From contig JAQGDQ010000125.1 in assembly GCA_030141605.1 (NCBI GenBank), positions 310,001 to 374,000 on the forward strand: a stretch of DNA of 64,000 bases. Direction: 5' to 3'. Under the pieces are notes generated by a model. That model did no database searches. It saw nothing but the letters and a program-made list of their open reading frames with translations, and had not been told where the DNA came from. Of the stretch, positions 59,784-64,000 are shown one piece after another. Positions within the stretch are counted from its first letter, which is position 1; every line of letters starts with the position of its first letter. The stretch comes from Tubiluchus corallicola. Lineage: Eukaryota; Animalia; Priapulida. Made by a program: the position numbers and the translations under genes.

Positions 59784-62700
59784 TTATTCATTGTTAGCTT
59801 TTAATGATATTTCTTTGTAGGCATTAGACAGGCGACTATGCCCTGTACTAGAAAAGTTATTGCCTTCCAAGTCTAAATTTGAAATGCTCTTGTTTTTACG
59901 GATGTAATACAGGAAAGCATCTAGAACTTCATCAGTCAAACCGCAGTAATCTAAAGATAATGTTTCCAAGTTTGTTTGATATAGCAGCGACTCAGCTATA
60001 CTGTGCCAACCCAGCAAACCAACTTGGTTGCTTCCAGTCAAACTTAAGCCTTTAATAGGAAAATTCTCTTTCAATAATGTCGCCAGTTTCAAAATTCCTG
60101 TGTCACCAAGTTCGCAGTCACCTATATCAAGGTACTGTATAAACGAGTTCATTTCAGAGGCAGGTCTTTCATACTCGGGAGGTGGAGGCACACCTGCCAG
60201 ATCTGATACAGTTTTTTCTGTAATCTCTCTGTACTCATTTTCACTATTCGAAGTAAAACGATGAAGTTGCAGTAGACTATCGAAGATATAACTAAAGCCT
60301 AAATCCCCAAGTTGGTTACCATACAGTCTGAAAAATAAAAAAAAATATATGAAAACAAACGAAAGAACAATCATAAAAGCGTGTTTACTTCTTGCTAAGT
60401 TAAAATAAAATATGCACTACTAGATAAAAATAAGATAGAACACTCACAACAAAACTTGGGGCGTCGATCGTTTGACATGAATAAGTTTAGCAAGTGCCTC
60501 TGCCCCAGTTGGTGTAACATTGTTTAGGCTTAAATTTAGTACCTGAAATGATAAAAATAAATTTTAATAGCTAAAAGTTTTAAAAGTTTAATGACCAAAA
60601 ATTTTCTGAAAATATTAATGGACAAAAAGTAGCCATTTTAGAATATTGTATCATAGGTTTAATCCTGTCAGTTCCTATGCATTATTACAATGACAGTGTA
60701 ATGAATAAAGCAAAAACACAATTTGCCATAATTAACTGCGAATTTCCAAAACACATGCCCTTTATAGTGTATGCAAGCAGTAAACTGCAAAAGAACAGGA
60801 ATAGTGTTTATGGCTGAAAAAAAGATAATGATGATGGACTAAGAAAGGCAGGAAGCACACAGAAGCAACATTATTCAATTTTCTACAGAGAATGTTCATC
60901 GAAGCTAGCATTAATGGAACAAATGGACAGTAGAAGTATTTGTCAAAAAGAAAAAGTAATAGCGAATAGTTTGATACTGATGGTTTACAAAATATGCAGG
61001 CATCATATCACAGTTGACTTGAGAATCTATCACAGGCATAATAACCTTGACAATCATTTTACACATTTAATAAATTTCACACACAGAGAAAACACTGATT
61101 AAAAATGTACCAGAACTAATCTAATTTGTAGTACAACAATACAAAATCTTCAGTGGTGCACAGTGCAAGAGGAAAAAAGCAAAACTGCATGTAAATCACA
61201 GTTAAAACACTGCATAATACAAAGTACGCACATTGCTGATGAAAGTTACTGTAGGTGTATTTAATTTTGTCAGTATTTAATCTAATGCCAAAGGGCTTAC
61301 AGTAACGTAGTTTAGATTTAAACTGGATTACAATTTACAAATCCAGTAATCCAAACAATACAAATATTTCAGAGCTAAAATTGAATTAGGTGCAGGATTT
61401 CATGAAAAGTACAAAAGTTCACCAGAAATTAAATACGTTTACAGATAATATTAATCATGTGCCACTGCGTTAACTAGCATTTAGCTGCAATCATTAGTAT
61501 CCACTTACATTGCAAATAATTTGTTACATCTATGATATATTAACATCTATGCTGTACATACATAATACATCTCTGATATAACAAATTATGCTGTACACTT
61601 GTTGAAGCTCACGAGGTAATCACTAGAACACTGCAAAGTGCTGACACCACAAATCCACACAGCTGACAATAGCAAGCATTTCTAAACAGCTTCAGGAAAG
61701 CAAAACCGTTTTAACAAATCACTGTCTACCTGCAGATTTGATTTAGACTTTTCCAAAGCTCTGCACATTTTAATAATACCGTCATCACCTACATTGCAGT
61801 TTCGAATATCTAGCGAAGTTATGTCATCTCTTGCTATAAGATGCTGTGCAACTTCGTCAATCTATAAAACACTAGGAATGGATCTGGTGCGTAAATTTAA
61901 AAAAAAATAAAGGTAAATTTAAAAAAAACTTATGTCTTACAAGCTGAAACACTAAACAAAAAATTAAAGGCAATTACACTATAATTTTTTATCAAAAATT
62001 AAAGCAAAGATAACTTGAAAATAAAAATGTTATAATAAGTTATTTCAGATCTTCCCAGTATAACTGATCAAAGCACTTTTGTCCACTACCTGGTTTGACG
62101 ATAAGTTCACTCCTGCTAAGTCAATTTCACCCAGAATTGCTTGAATGTTTTCCTTAATTGGTTTTGCTAGTCCAATGCCGATCTCTCGTTCACATCGACT
62201 AGACCATTGACTGTCTATATAACTGGAGGTGGAAGTCGCGCTTGATTCACTTTCATGTCTTAAATCACTCTTTTCATTGTTACTTATAGGTAGTGCCGTA
62301 GTGGTTGCTGAAAGATAAGGCTAAGGATTCAGAAACAACTTGCCTTCCAAATGCATACATAAACTATAACAAAGTTTTTGTGAAGTCACACATACAATAA
62401 AATGCTAACAACAATAGCCCTAATTCAACTAGGCAAGACTGAAAAATCTTTTTCAAAACTTTTATTGTACAACTATCTGTAAAAAACAAATTCTTGAACT
62501 GCCTATAATATCACTCCAGTTATAGTCTAACGTATATCAACTACAGCTATAATATATTAGTCAATAACATCGTTTTAAGTGAAAGCAAAAAAAAGAGTGA
62601 ACCTACAAGCAACATCTTTATAGTACCTGTAACTGTAGCTGATTTTGAAGTTAACATCTTTTCATCTATGGCTCCTCCTTCGGGCTCTTGGCGGTGCTGC

Positions 62701-63750
62701 ATATTAGCCACCTCAAGATTTTCTCCAACGATTTCCATTTCATAACTCAGTATGTTACTTTCGGTACATTCTGCCTTAAATGTTCCTTGAGAACTTCGAC
62801 TAGTTTTCCCCACGTCTGTTTTTATGGTTCCATGAGAACTCTGACTAGTTTTTCCCAATGTTTCACGATCTGTTGTTATTTCCATTTCTTTATCATCTTC
62901 TGCTTGAGTGATTTCATCAGAGGTATCATCTAATTCCAATTCTACAACAGCTTCATTGGAGCGCTGCATTTTTATATCAGTTCTTTCAATATCAGATTTG
63001 CTCTCGCTTGACATCAAACTTAACAAATAAGCACTTTCATCGTCGTCATCTTCATCATTCAGTGCAATAATTGGGATATCACAAACTTTACCTGATGCAA
63101 TGGAGCCATTTGCTCTGATTTTAGAGGTTTTGTTTTCATGCTGCGTTTCATGCGATTTACCGGATATAACAGTATGAGAGTGGTCATGAGAGTGGTCAGT
63201 ATCTGTGCTGTATAAGGGTGTTTTGTTAGAAGAAACATGAGATGTAGGAGAAGGTAATGATGCACCATTTTTATAAGTAGAATGCTCACCAGTTAACTGC
63301 AATTCATTGTCTTCATTGCTTTTAGAGAATGAATGACTGGGAGATCCTACCTCAATCAAGGAACCTCTAGATGATGCAGAAGCCAATGAATCAGATTCTA
63401 AAAAAATGTACAGTTTTACATAAAGGCTGACACATAAAAGCACCAAAAATAATCAATACACCAATGCAGCATCATAGCTTTTATAGCTGGATGTAGCAGG
63501 ATCTGTACTTGCTCAATAATTTACATGTATTACAATAAAACCTAGATGGTTAAGTGCAATGCTGAGTCAGTAATACCTAGACAAAAAGTTGTAAATTCAA
63601 TGTAAGTGGAATTTTTATACACAAATAACTAAGTGCACTAATACACTCACCTGAGCACACACTTGCTGTTTCTACTTCAAGTTCTGTTCTGCCCTCAGTC
63701 ACACTTTTTTTGAAATCTGGTTCGTCACCTGGGTCATCAGAATCTTCTAT
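59784..63750 (-). CDS. RNI-like leucine-rich-repeat protein (LRRC73-like C-terminus) with a long acidic/Ser-rich N-terminal region; 5' end beyond the window
   Basis: Phase-consistent exons 63651-63750, 62627-63397, 62090-62307, 61730-61861, 60448-60542, 59784-60327; LRRs LDIRNCNVGDDG, LNLSLNNVTPTG, LYGNQLGDLG, LDIGDCELGDTG, LSLDYCGLTD, LDLEGNNFS. Confidence 0.8.
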
Positions 63751-64000
63751 CTGCAATCGAGAAACACAAACAACTAGTGTAAGGCATACGTTCACTCCGT
63801 TTCTGCAGCTAAAATATCGTCAAAGTTAAAGCTAAGATAAAGTTAACATATCTCTAAAATGACTGGGTAAAACACAGGTTATATTTATCCACTTTGTTTA
63901 TTTTAACAAGCAGCTATAAATATTCAGTTTCCTCAAATTCTTATTTTCAGTCACTCCATAAAAAAATCTCAAAATATGCTTAAAAAAACAACTTTCAGAC

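Overview
AT-rich, intron-rich eukaryotic (metazoan, probably lophotrochozoan-type invertebrate) genomic DNA; it is not prokaryotic and has no CRISPR array. I reconstructed five spliced genes by hand from splice sites and reading phase. (1) A ZNF423/ZNF521 (OAZ)-family multi-zinc-finger gene on the minus strand, ATG at 22046, running off the left edge. Its first exon encodes a variant NuRD-recruiting motif, and the protein continues into at least 7 extra Kruppel fingers beyond the point where vertebrate ZNF423 ends. (2) USP10 (+, 27677-37593), with a U12-type minor intron next to the catalytic Cys. (3) FBXO9 (-, 39251-45447). (4) SDHA (-, 47799-58351), with a GC-AG intron and an atypical ALGG motif. 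(5) The 3' part of an LRRC73-like LRR gene (-, 59784 to beyond 63750). Introns hold MITEs, LINE and hAT remnants, microsatellites and several tandem arrays, including two unrelated 92-bp arrays and a ~1 kb TGA-NN-TCA palindrome array. The most striking element is a complete, TSD-flanked 564-bp SINE in SDHA intron 2, built from a full 5S rRNA head, an RTE-LINE-derived body and a (CAA)n tail. Family assignments rest on remembered motifs, not database searches.
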